From NCBI GenBank assembly GCA_048941285.1, contig JBHLNS010000011.1, forward strand, positions 1 through 64,000: a DNA stretch of 64,000 nt, written 5' to 3'. This document shows positions 20,200 to 29,006 of the stretch, in pieces. A program made the position numbers and the translations under genes. Every line of letters starts with the position of its first letter. Positions within the stretch are counted from its first letter, which is position 1. The notes below the pieces were generated by a model. That model was not told where the DNA came from, made no database searches, and saw only the letters and a program-made list of their open reading frames with translations. Source of the stretch: Promethearchaeota archaeon (GTDB lineage Archaea > Asgardarchaeota > Lokiarchaeia > Sigyniarchaeales > SOKP01).

Positions 20200-20406
20200 T
20201 CAGAATTCTTGTCTTAATATCAATATATATTCAGGATCTCTTTCTTTGAAAGCAATTTTTTCTGTTCCTGAATAAATATCTGGAGTATCATGTTTTTTAA
20301 AGATTCGTGAGAATGGAATAACTAATGTAGATATCTCTAAGTGTTCTTCAGAAACAGCCTTCCTAAACTCTTTATCGTAGAATTTATAGATTTTTTCTAA
20401 ACTCGT
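20200..20406 (-). CDS. Small protein, 'DIYS' family member C (ACG/ATA start, or a decayed gene)
   Basis: Not in the track. Encodes ..ISTLVIPFSRIFKKHDTPDIYSGTEKIAFKERDPEYILILRQEF*; GGGAG lies 6 nt before ACG at 20406; no ATG/GTG/TTG near the 5' end. Confidence 0.6.
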   Translation of the reverse strand, partial: TSLEKIYKFYDKEFRKAVSEEHLEISTLVIPFSRIFKKHDTPDIYSGTEKIAFKERDPEYILILRQEF

Positions 20407-20421
20407 ATATATCTCCCTTCC

Positions 20422-20847
20422 TTATTCTTTTACAATTAGTTTTCCTCTAATCCGGAGTTTTACTCCAAGTTTTTCAAGTTTATTTCTATGGTCAAAAATA
20501 ATATCTCTAAGAATTTTTTTGCTAATTTCAAGTTGTTCTGCCAAAATATCAAATTCTATTTCATTGAATAGCTCAGAGTACCTAACTAATTTCTGAATTG
20601 AATCTTGTATAACTTGATCGTAATCTGCTATCTCAATTTCTCTTGTAATATCATTTAAATCAATGTCATAATTACTTTTTAAGATATTTGGATTAGTTTC
20701 AATCCAATTATGCACAAGGCTTCTAACTGTTTCTGAACGGGATTGTTTTCTCTTTTTCGCCATCAGACTTATTACTCTTTCATCAAAAGCATCTAAACTA
20801 AAAGTAATTCTAGATAAATCTGATGATTTTTTTGTATCTGATGGCAT
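20422..20847 (-). CDS. Ribbon-helix-helix domain protein with a C-terminal HTH-like region
   Basis: RITFSLD...MAKKRKQSRSETVRSLV is an RHH pattern. Confidence 0.7.
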   Translation of the reverse strand: MPSDTKKSSDLSRITFSLDAFDERVISLMAKKRKQSRSETVRSLVHNWIETNPNILKSNYDIDLNDITREIEIADYDQVIQDSIQKLVRYSELFNEIEFDILAEQLEISKKILRDIIFDHRNKLEKLGVKLRIRGKLIVKE

Positions 20848-20975
20848 TTTTATAAAATATCCGACAAAAATTCTTGCTTAAGATACACATTTCTTTTCGA
20901 ATATTTAAATCTTCGCCTTTGATGATCATTTAATGCATCACTGAAGATGCATAGATTTATAAACGAGTAGGATCA

Positions 20976-21017
20976 TATAATATTCATATACCATTAGTAT
21001 GTCATATGAATATTATA
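20976..21017. repeat. Perfect 14-bp inverted repeat with a 14-nt spacer
   Basis: TATAATATTCATAT (20976-20989) and ATATGAATATTATA (21004-21017). Confidence 0.9.
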
Positions 21018-21024
21018 CGGTCAT

Positions 21025-21675
21025 GTGAGTAAAATGTTAGAGCTTTATACCCCTCAATATGAACAAATAAATACCAAAGAACGTATAACCATCGATTTAA
21101 TAAAAGATGGTCAAGAATTTTTGCAGCAATTTGATATTAATACAGATTTTTTGTTAGATACAATTTCAGTAGTATATAGATATTTGAGAAATAATGGCAA
21201 GATTCCCCATAATCTTTACAAATTTTTCGTAACGGCATATTATATAATTTCTAGGCATCCATTTGCATTTCCTGTCCATGAAACTAAGAAAGATTTTTGT
21301 AAGAAATTTAATCTCCCAGTAAGCGCATTAGATTATTGTGTCGAAAAAATAACAAATTCCTTAAACTATATCAAAATTTTAGATGACATGAACTTTCCTT
21401 ATTTTGTTGATCCAAAACGAGATATTAGCTTAAAATTCATTAAAAATATTATTAAATCGAAAGTGGATAAGGCAATGATGACTTTCTTAGTATATGATCA
21501 GCCAATTAACTCACAAATCCTTACAGAAGATTTGGTGAATGAAGCAATTTTCGAACAAAAAGCATTTCCTGAGGAACTCTTCAGGCAATTATTCGAGATC
21601 GCTTTTGATTATGTTGAAGAAGAGTTTTTAGATTACAATGAATATGTAAATTTACAAAAGAAAGTTTTCATATAA
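21025..21675 (+). CDS. Hypothetical helical protein with a cyclin-box/TFB-repeat-like segment
   Basis: AYYIISRH..TKKDFCKKFNLPVSALDYCVEKI resembles the TFB repeat pattern; start GTG 21025 or ATG 21034. Confidence 0.55.
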   Translation: MSKMLELYTPQYEQINTKERITIDLIKDGQEFLQQFDINTDFLLDTISVVYRYLRNNGKIPHNLYKFFVTAYYIISRHPFAFPVHETKKDFCKKFNLPVSALDYCVEKITNSLNYIKILDDMNFPYFVDPKRDISLKFIKNIIKSKVDKAMMTFLVYDQPINSQILTEDLVNEAIFEQKAFPEELFRQLFEIAFDYVEEEFLDYNEYVNLQKKVFI

Positions 21676-21688
21676 TTTAAAAGCTAAA

Positions 21689-21988
21689 TCAATGTGCAAT
21701 CTTCTCAGAATTATCTAATTTTTTTATAATTATAAAATATCGACTTCCAATGAAAATGATAATTAAGCCTCCTAGAGCAATTAATATCGTATACCATCCA
21801 TACAGAGTTATCCACACAGTTATATAATTTATTGGATCTAATGGAATACAATCTGGACCATATGGATTAGGGATACATGGTGCTGTAACTCTATTAAATA
21901 GGATTGAAAAAGTGGTGTTACCCGCAAACAGATAAAATCCGATAATCAATAGGATAAGACCCTTAACTTTCCTTCTAAAAATAATCAC
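21689..21988 (-). CDS. Small two-TM protein with a Cys-Cys loop
   Basis: Two hydrophobic stretches flanking PCIPNPYGPDC. Confidence 0.55.
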   Translation of the reverse strand: MIIFRRKVKGLILLIIGFYLFAGNTTFSILFNRVTAPCIPNPYGPDCIPLDPINYITVWITLYGWYTILIALGGLIIIFIGSRYFIIIKKLDNSEKIAH

Positions 21989-22139
21989 ACTTTTTCTTAT
22001 ACAATATTGTCTATTATCAATTAAAATTATAAATAGCTATATAAAATTTTCTTCAAGGATTCTCTTAATTTATAATTATTAGATAGATGAATTTTCTAGA
22101 GTAAGGTCTCTTCTAGATTTATGAAATTAACTTTTTCTT

Positions 22140-23015
22140 TCAATTTTTATTATCCCATTCTTTAAGTGCGAGAGAAATGTTTAGGAATTGTCTTTGAAAG
22201 TTTAAAGGAGTTGAGAATTCATAAAATCGCAAAAATGGAGTTAAACTATATTTGGAAATAATAGATTTTCTTTTTCTTGGAAGCCATCTGTCTTCAATTA
22301 TGTTCGTATAAATTGTTTTTTTTCTTTTACTGAATTTATTCGCGATTCTATTTGAAGTTAGAAATATTCCAATTAATTGAGAATCTTTATTCTTTATTTT
22401 TCCGATTTTATAGGAGGGATTAATTGAAATATGATATTTGCTTTTCAAGGGAATAATTAATCCATCATAATAGAATCGCCAAATTATAGGAATTATTATG
22501 CTTAAAAATAAATAAAATGCTAAAATTCCAGTAAAAAGCGTATTAATTGGGGGAGGATTAAAAGATAAGATATCAAATTCTACTAGAAATAATGAGACTA
22601 TTGAAATACTATTTAATATTAGGAATATAATCCAACTTTTTCTTTTTTCTTGAATAATGAATCCAAGATCATTAATGTCATTGTAGATTTGTTGTTTAAG
22701 AAGGGGAGTGACTCTCATAATGACTATTTTTAGTAAATAAAAAATTAGGAATGCCCCAATGCTAAATATTGCCCAATTTATTGATAAATTAAAGCGGTAG
22801 GGATGTAATCCGGTAATTACAACGCCCTTACTAGGAATTAGAAAAACTGGATAAATTAAAGTAAAGTGAATAATAAAAATGATTAATATTATTGATAGAT
22901 ATCTCAATATTTTAATACCAATTTTTCGATATTCTACTTTAATTCTATGGTAAGGATTTGAAACAATCTCATTAAATTCAATATCTATCTCCGTTGAGGG
23001 TTCATTTTCTTCCAT
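22140..23015 (-). CDS. Four-TM membrane protein with a basic C-terminal domain
   Basis: Hydrophobic segments; ATG at 23015 overlaps the upstream TAA (TAATG coupling), preferred over the track's TTG at 23072. Confidence 0.7.
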   Translation of the reverse strand: MEENEPSTEIDIEFNEIVSNPYHRIKVEYRKIGIKILRYLSIILIIFIIHFTLIYPVFLIPSKGVVITGLHPYRFNLSINWAIFSIGAFLIFYLLKIVIMRVTPLLKQQIYNDINDLGFIIQEKRKSWIIFLILNSISIVSLFLVEFDILSFNPPPINTLFTGILAFYLFLSIIIPIIWRFYYDGLIIPLKSKYHISINPSYKIGKIKNKDSQLIGIFLTSNRIANKFSKRKKTIYTNIIEDRWLPRKRKSIISKYSLTPFLRFYEFSTPLNFQRQFLNISLALKEWDNKN

Positions 23016-23479
23016 TATTTTGATTCCCTCCATTTCTTTACTTTTTCTTTTTCCTCTTGAGGAGAATTCCAAAATTTTTGAATTATCTCTTGAAACAGCA
23101 TAAAATCTGGATTATCATCTGTATTTAATTTAATGATATGAAATTTTTGACTTTTTCTTTCAATCTTTATAAAATTCTGTTGTTCCAAATAATCAAAAGC
23201 ATGCGTTAATTTTTCTAATCTATCGATATTCAAACTATTTTTAATATCAGTTTTGTTGATAACTGTATTCGATTCCTGTAATTTAGCTAAGCTCATTAAT
23301 ACTTGGCCTCCCCTGAGAGAAGCGATGTTTGTTAGTTTATCAATTATTTTGCATATACTCCTAAAAATTCCATTCAACTCATTATAGAAATTTATTTTTT
23401 CGTATCCCTTTAGGTCCATTCCTTTCTTAAAGTCATCTAATTGGTATTTTTGAATAAAATATTCATAAGATATCGTCAT
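23015..23479 (-). CDS. Winged-helix domain protein
   Basis: INKTDIKNSL..LTHAFDYLEQQNFIKIER wHTH pattern. Confidence 0.6.
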   Translation of the reverse strand: MTISYEYFIQKYQLDDFKKGMDLKGYEKINFYNELNGIFRSICKIIDKLTNIASLRGGQVLMSLAKLQESNTVINKTDIKNSLNIDRLEKLTHAFDYLEQQNFIKIERKSQKFHIIKLNTDDNPDFMLFQEIIQKFWNSPQEEKEKVKKWRESK

Positions 23480-23681
23480 TATGATATTAATATATCATGG
23501 AAATTATAAAAAAATACCATAAATATATAATCTCCATTTTAGTAAATATAAAATGTAGACAGTTAATTTGTTTTCTTTTACAGAGATTTTGTATTCTTCT
23601 ACGTTAAATTTTCAACTTTTTTTAAATACTAAAGTAAACATTCAAGTTTTGATAATATATCATAACAGCGTATGTTTTAAA

Positions 23682-24023
23682 ATGCGAGAAAATAAAAATT
23701 ATAAATTCGTTAGTTTGTGTCTTCTTTTAATAGCATTAAGTCTTGGTATTCCCTCAATAGTAATAGCTCAATTAAATCCACCTGAAAATCAAAATCAGAA
23801 TCTAGTTCAAGGGATTGGAGAAATTGTATATCTTTCCTTTGAAGGAGGGTTCTTTGGTATAATTTCTGATAATGGAAATGCTTATGATCCGATAAATTTA
23901 CCATCTGAATTTGAAATTGTTGGGTTGAGAGTAGAATTTAGGGGAGAGATTTTAGATCTCTATAGCTTCCATATGTGGGGGAGAATTATAAAGATTTTAT
24001 TTATTAGAATAGCATCGACTTAA
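23682..24023 (+). CDS. Secreted or membrane-anchored small beta protein
   Basis: ATG at 23682 precedes a signal-like helix; FEGGFFGII..YDPINLP motif. Confidence 0.65.
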   Translation: MRENKNYKFVSLCLLLIALSLGIPSIVIAQLNPPENQNQNLVQGIGEIVYLSFEGGFFGIISDNGNAYDPINLPSEFEIVGLRVEFRGEILDLYSFHMWGRIIKILFIRIAST

Positions 24024-24025
24024 TA

Positions 24026-24496
24026 TTGACAAAGGTTTTGAAATTGCATAGAGGAAATTTGAAGACTTTTATATTTTATTCTAATATTACCATTATTATA
24101 TCAGGATTTATTCTTCTTTTATTAAATATTGATAATTTTTCTGTAATTCATGCATGGGCAAGTCCATCGTTGCCAGTAATGAAATATGAAACTTATTCCT
24201 CATTAGAAATATTGTATCTCTATATGCTCGTTGTTTTAGCAGTAATTAACATAATATCTATGAGAGTTGATAAATTATTTAGGATAAGACCTTTTAATTA
24301 TATTTTTACTCTGCTAGTATCAACCGTTTTTACCTTAATTTTATTCCTTAATCCACATATATTAATAATTAATCCCACAGGATTACCTCCAACACAATTA
24401 GATGCTCTAGAAGTTGGAGGGATTATTAGTATTATTTTATTTGCTAATCTTATAATAAACAACATTACGAGCTTATGGATCGAAAGAAAACTCTAA
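24026..24496 (+). CDS. Four-TM hypothetical membrane protein
   Basis: Hydrophobic ORF coupled to its neighbours. Confidence 0.6.
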   Translation: MTKVLKLHRGNLKTFIFYSNITIIISGFILLLLNIDNFSVIHAWASPSLPVMKYETYSSLEILYLYMLVVLAVINIISMRVDKLFRIRPFNYIFTLLVSTVFTLILFLNPHILIINPTGLPPTQLDALEVGGIISIILFANLIINNITSLWIERKL

Positions 24497-25005
24497 ATGT
24501 TTTGAAAATTTTTGGGATAGTCATTGGATCATTATTATTAAGCGAACTTATTCATGAAAGTGGTCATGCTTTTTTTGCTCTAATTTCAGGTGGTACTATA
24601 ACAGCATTTTTTCCATTCCCCGTTATAATAGGAGGGGAGTTTACAGCAGGTTTCGTTGGTTATACTAATGTTCCTTTCTATCTAGAACCTTTAGTGTTAA
24701 TGGGTGGAGAGATTTTTCAATGGATGACAATTTTATCCATTCTTGTTTATTTATATTACAAACCTAAACTTCGAAAGAATCTGTTTCTATTGGTATTACT
24801 TCTTATAGCATTGTTAGATTTTCCCTTATACACATTAAATAACTCAATTGGCCTCCCACACTGGTTTTTAATAGGGAGCAGTAATGGAGATATTATAAGA
24901 TTTTCAGTATTAATAGGATTTCCATTATGGATTTTTATAGTTCTTTCATGTATTCAGTTATCATTTACCTATTTGATATTTTCTACGTTAAAAACAATCA
25001 GATAA
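24475..25005 (+). CDS. M50-like membrane metallopeptidase
   Basis: IHESGH zinc motif inside a TM segment; distal NGD. Confidence 0.7.
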   Translation: MDRKKTLNVLKIFGIVIGSLLLSELIHESGHAFFALISGGTITAFFPFPVIIGGEFTAGFVGYTNVPFYLEPLVLMGGEIFQWMTILSILVYLYYKPKLRKNLFLLVLLLIALLDFPLYTLNNSIGLPHWFLIGSSNGDIIRFSVLIGFPLWIFIVLSCIQLSFTYLIFSTLKTIR

Positions 25006-25035
25006 TAGATTATTAAGAATATTCAGATTAGATAT

Positions 25036-25884
25036 TTAAGCTGAATTTTCATATGGTTTTAAATTATCCAATAACCTATTAACTTTGGAAAATAATCCTA
25101 ACGTTAAACTTAATTCGTTTTTTGACATTAAGCTCCTCCCAAAAATATTGCGAAAAGCAAAGAAGACGTTTTCTTCTTTATATGTTCTTATTTTTAATTT
25201 TTCAATTATTTCTTTAATAATCTTAAGTAGTATTAAGCGGTCTTCTCTATTAGCAATTAACACTGGATGAGAACCACGACCTATATTTAGTTTACTTACT
25301 TTTTTAAATATTTCGTATAAAATAATTCCGCAAGCATGGGACAAATTTAATGTTGAATATTTATTGTTTGTTGGAATTCTTAAAAGTATATCTGCTAAAC
25401 TTATTTCTTCATTAGTTAAACCTCTTGATTCTTTTCCAAATAAGAGTGCAATTTTTATAGGTTTAACTGAATTTGGGAGAGAAAAATCTTCTGGAAAAAT
25501 GGCTAATCTTCTAATATTTGAATTTCTTTTTCCGCGAGCAGTTGTAGCTATGATGTAATCAAATCTTTTAAGAAAAACTTCAAATCTTTTAAGATGATCC
25601 TCCTGATTCTCCAATTCTATAATCTCTGAATTAAAAAGAATTTCTTTTCCATGCATAGCAAATCCTTGAGTTTCATAGCTTAAGATTTTATCTATGTTTT
25701 CAACTGGGTTAAAGATTACAAGGTTTTTAAAGTTAAAATTTTCCATAATACGAGCTATAGATCCAATATTTCCTGAATGTTCAGGTTTGACTAAAACAAT
25801 AGTGAATGATAAGTTTTCATAATCTTTTACTCTATGAGTCTCTTGAAAAGAATTAATTTCCATTTTAGTCTTTTTTTTATCCAA
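25036..25884 (-). CDS. trmJ: SPOUT tRNA/rRNA methyltransferase, TrmJ/LasT family
   Basis: LVKP...GNIGSIARIMENF, FGKESRGLTNEE, TLNLSHA..IILYE. Confidence 0.85.
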   Translation of the reverse strand: MDKKKTKMEINSFQETHRVKDYENLSFTIVLVKPEHSGNIGSIARIMENFNFKNLVIFNPVENIDKILSYETQGFAMHGKEILFNSEIIELENQEDHLKRFEVFLKRFDYIIATTARGKRNSNIRRLAIFPEDFSLPNSVKPIKIALLFGKESRGLTNEEISLADILLRIPTNNKYSTLNLSHACGIILYEIFKKVSKLNIGRGSHPVLIANREDRLILLKIIKEIIEKLKIRTYKEENVFFAFRNIFGRSLMSKNELSLTLGLFSKVNRLLDNLKPYENSA

Positions 25885-25934
25885 TCCTATCCTACTCCTT
25901 TTTTTTAAAATTCTATTAAAATTAATAAAGTAAT

Positions 25935-26765
25935 TTAATTTTCTAAAAAATGTAAAATCATATTATTAACTTCAGCTGCTCTTGATATTGTCATGAAATG
26001 TCCCGCTCTTTCTATAACTTTTAAAGTGCTATTCGGTATTCTTTTATTTATTTCAATCATTAAATTTTTAGGAATCAATCGATCATGAGAAGCCGTAATT
26101 AATAACGTCTCATTTTCAATTTTATTTAATTGATTTAATACATTATGCATTTTCATTGCATTTCCTTGATTAATTATATCTTGAGGTCTTGATGGATTTT
26201 TCTTACTCTCCTCTATTAAGTCCTCTAATGAAAAAATGTTATGAAATTTCTTTTTTGGATCTTGTTTGAGTGCTTGCCGGAATTTCGGATGATAAGTAAA
26301 AATAGCTTTATTCCAAAATGCTTTAGCAGGATTAGTTTTTAACAATTCAATTTCTTTTAAGCGATTATCAACTACGATTTCAACTGCACCTTCTTCATCA
26401 AAGTTTGCATTTGTAGCTATTAAAACAAGTTTATTAACCCTATTTGGATATTTTAAAACAAAATTTTGAGCAATCATTCCCCCAAATGATCTCCCAATCA
26501 GATGTGCTGAATTTAAATGTAAGTAATTCATCAATTTCTTTATATCCTCTACAAACATATCCATTGTATAGAGATAGTCTGGTCTATCAGTTTTTCCAGT
26601 TCCCCTAAGGTCGAACGTAATAGTTTTGTATTTTTTACAAAAATCTATTATCTGAGGCTTCCAAATTTCCTTTTTTGACCCAAATCCATGAATAAATATT
26701 ACTGGAAAGCCATTTCCTTGAATCTCATAGGAAATGTTTATCCCATTAACAAATGCAAAACTCAT
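25935..26765 (-). CDS. Alpha/beta hydrolase (enol-lactonase/MhpC-like)
   Basis: FIHG, DLRGTG, GRSFGG, AGH. Confidence 0.9.
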   Translation of the reverse strand: MSFAFVNGINISYEIQGNGFPVIFIHGFGSKKEIWKPQIIDFCKKYKTITFDLRGTGKTDRPDYLYTMDMFVEDIKKLMNYLHLNSAHLIGRSFGGMIAQNFVLKYPNRVNKLVLIATNANFDEEGAVEIVVDNRLKEIELLKTNPAKAFWNKAIFTYHPKFRQALKQDPKKKFHNIFSLEDLIEESKKNPSRPQDIINQGNAMKMHNVLNQLNKIENETLLITASHDRLIPKNLMIEINKRIPNSTLKVIERAGHFMTISRAAEVNNMILHFLEN

Positions 26766-27270
26766 AATACTAAGTAATAATTCACTGAATAATTATACTT
26801 TCCTTGTTATTCCTAAAAATATGTTAAATTCTTGGTAAAAAGTAAATTTTCATACAAATAATACATTAGTCCATTTACCTGATGAAACGCAAAGGAAGTG
26901 GTTTTGCGCTTATATTTGTATCAGTTTCGAGTTATTGATTAATTTCTAAGGTCATATTCTCAAAAAAAAAATATGAATTCAGCTTAAATTTTAATTCTTA
27001 CAAATCGTTATTAAAGCTAAAATTTCATTAAGATCTAGATATCCTAAGATATTGGAACTCACTAAAATTTTAAGAGCGACAAAAAAAGTAGGTAAATATC
27101 CCATCAAATTATAAAACTATGGTTTAGCCTTTTCCTATATATTAGATAGGAGAAATGAAAGATATAAATATTAAAAGCCTCTTTAGTTAGATAGGCTATT
27201 AATTTTGAAATAATAAGAATATTGTTATTGATAAGATTGTTCCATAATCTTAGAATTACATTAGAAGGGA

Positions 27271-27876
27271 ATGAATATAATGCCAGTTTATAAAAATATT
27301 AGACAGTTTCTTGAATTTATTAATATCAGTAATGAAAAATTTACATTATTTGAATGGAAACCTGAAAGATCATTTCGAAGATTCGATTTAGATTTAAATA
27401 TTGTTAAGGAAAATCCCATTAGTGGCATATTTTTTCATAGAGATAAAGGAAACATGAAACTTGTATACATTCGTAAACATAACCTTATATATACTGTAGG
27501 TGCAAATCCAGCAGTTCAATATCAACTTCTAGAAGCTTTATTGGAATATATTGATGAAAAATTCAATGAAATTTTTGATGTAGAAGCGATCTTGTCATTT
27601 GGAGACTTCTCTCCTGGTCTTTTTGATAAAGACTTTAAAAGAATTATTGAAGATACTGTTACTAATTTTGCAGATTTAGGTTTAGTAAAACGAATTCAAG
27701 TAGAATGTAGAGTCTGTGGTGTTGTTCTTCCCTTATTTGTGAAAAAAAGTTTCATTGCAAATGCAGAGTCCTATCCTGTCCCAATAGTATATAATCACCG
27801 CGGCCACGCAATTTTATGCTTCATCGACCAGGATTTTCATCATAGGGGAGTAGAGTTAGTAAATATTACAGGCTAA
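27271..27876 (+). CDS. Longin-like domain + C-terminal zinc-binding domain
   Basis: KLVYIR..NLIYTV...LLEALLEYIDEKFNEIF longin pattern; CRVC...H..H..C.IDQDF..RG.E. Confidence 0.55.
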   Translation: MNIMPVYKNIRQFLEFINISNEKFTLFEWKPERSFRRFDLDLNIVKENPISGIFFHRDKGNMKLVYIRKHNLIYTVGANPAVQYQLLEALLEYIDEKFNEIFDVEAILSFGDFSPGLFDKDFKRIIEDTVTNFADLGLVKRIQVECRVCGVVLPLFVKKSFIANAESYPVPIVYNHRGHAILCFIDQDFHHRGVELVNITG

Positions 27877-27959
27877 TTAATTTTGAAACTTCATTATTAA
27901 GAACTTTTTCTTAAATCCTCAACAATGAATTTTTAAAGCTTGATTAAAATAATATACAT

Positions 27960-29006
27960 ATGGAAGAAAAGGAGAATCCACAACATGAGCAACCGTTTTT
28001 TGAGGAGATAATTAAGAAAACTAAAACTGGTATAACCTTTCCTAAAGCATTAAGAGAGGAATTATTTGAGGAAGATGTTGATGTTTATTTTAGACTTGTT
28101 ATTCCAAAAGATAAAAATAAAATTATTTTAGAATTTCTATCAGAAGAGGATGCAAAAAAGGTCTCCGGGAAATTAAAGGATAAAAAACCTGTTACTATTT
28201 CTAAAACTCCAGATGGAGCAAAAATAGAAACTAGTCAAAAAACGGTAGGCATAAGCCCAGCTTGGGGTGAATATTTTGTATATGATTTTGAGGCAAAAGA
28301 AAAAGTCATCCCTATATTAGAATCTGCCTTTTATAAATTTGCAGAAACTCCTTTGAATTTAGAGGATGCTATGGGGCGTGTTAAATATGCCTTAGTATCT
28401 TTTCTTTCCTCAACAAAAACTGAAAATGCTAAACTGTATTTTGCGGTAGAAAAGTTCTTAATAGATATTATTGATAAATTTGACCAGCCAAATTTATTAG
28501 ATTGGATTTTTGAAAAGATTATTCCTAACATTGAAAGTAATTTTCTTTATGAACAAGCACTTTTAGAACTTGTTGAAGCAAGCTTAAAATTTAAAAGATG
28601 GGAAAAGGCAGAACTATATATATTTTATGTATTAAAAAATATCGACAGTTATGCTAAATCTGAGATGTATAATATAATGAATTCTTTTAAAATGCTGGTC
28701 AAAAAGATTAAATACGTTGAAAGATCGGATAAAATTGATATCTTACTTAAGGAAAAGTTACTCGAATATAGCGACGGAGTAGAGGATGCTGATTATAAAA
28801 TTCAAATTATTGAATTCCTTGAAGATTTGCAATATATTGAACTTGCTTATGATCTGGCAAAAAAAGTTCAGCTCAATTTACCTCCTGAGAGTATGAAAAT
28901 AGAAGAGATCAGAAAATTAGTAAGACGATTACATATTACTCCTATTGGTGAAAATAAGCCAAATTCAAGTTTAAATTTTGAAGAAGACAAGGAACCTGAA
29001 GGCTAA
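27960..29006 (+). CDS. AbrB-like N-terminal domain + alpha-helical repeat region
   Basis: GITFPKALREEL swapped-hairpin motif; helical C-terminal part. Confidence 0.5.
   Translation: MEEKENPQHEQPFFEEIIKKTKTGITFPKALREELFEEDVDVYFRLVIPKDKNKIILEFLSEEDAKKVSGKLKDKKPVTISKTPDGAKIETSQKTVGISPAWGEYFVYDFEAKEKVIPILESAFYKFAETPLNLEDAMGRVKYALVSFLSSTKTENAKLYFAVEKFLIDIIDKFDQPNLLDWIFEKIIPNIESNFLYEQALLELVEASLKFKRWEKAELYIFYVLKNIDSYAKSEMYNIMNSFKMLVKKIKYVERSDKIDILLKEKLLEYSDGVEDADYKIQIIEFLEDLQYIELAYDLAKKVQLNLPPESMKIEEIRKLVRRLHITPIGENKPNSSLNFEEDKEPEG

Noticed and set aside
20200-20202. TGA as selenocysteine
   Set aside because: The aligned residue in paralogs is Leu, not Cys, and no SECIS-like element is evident; kept only as a low-probability option
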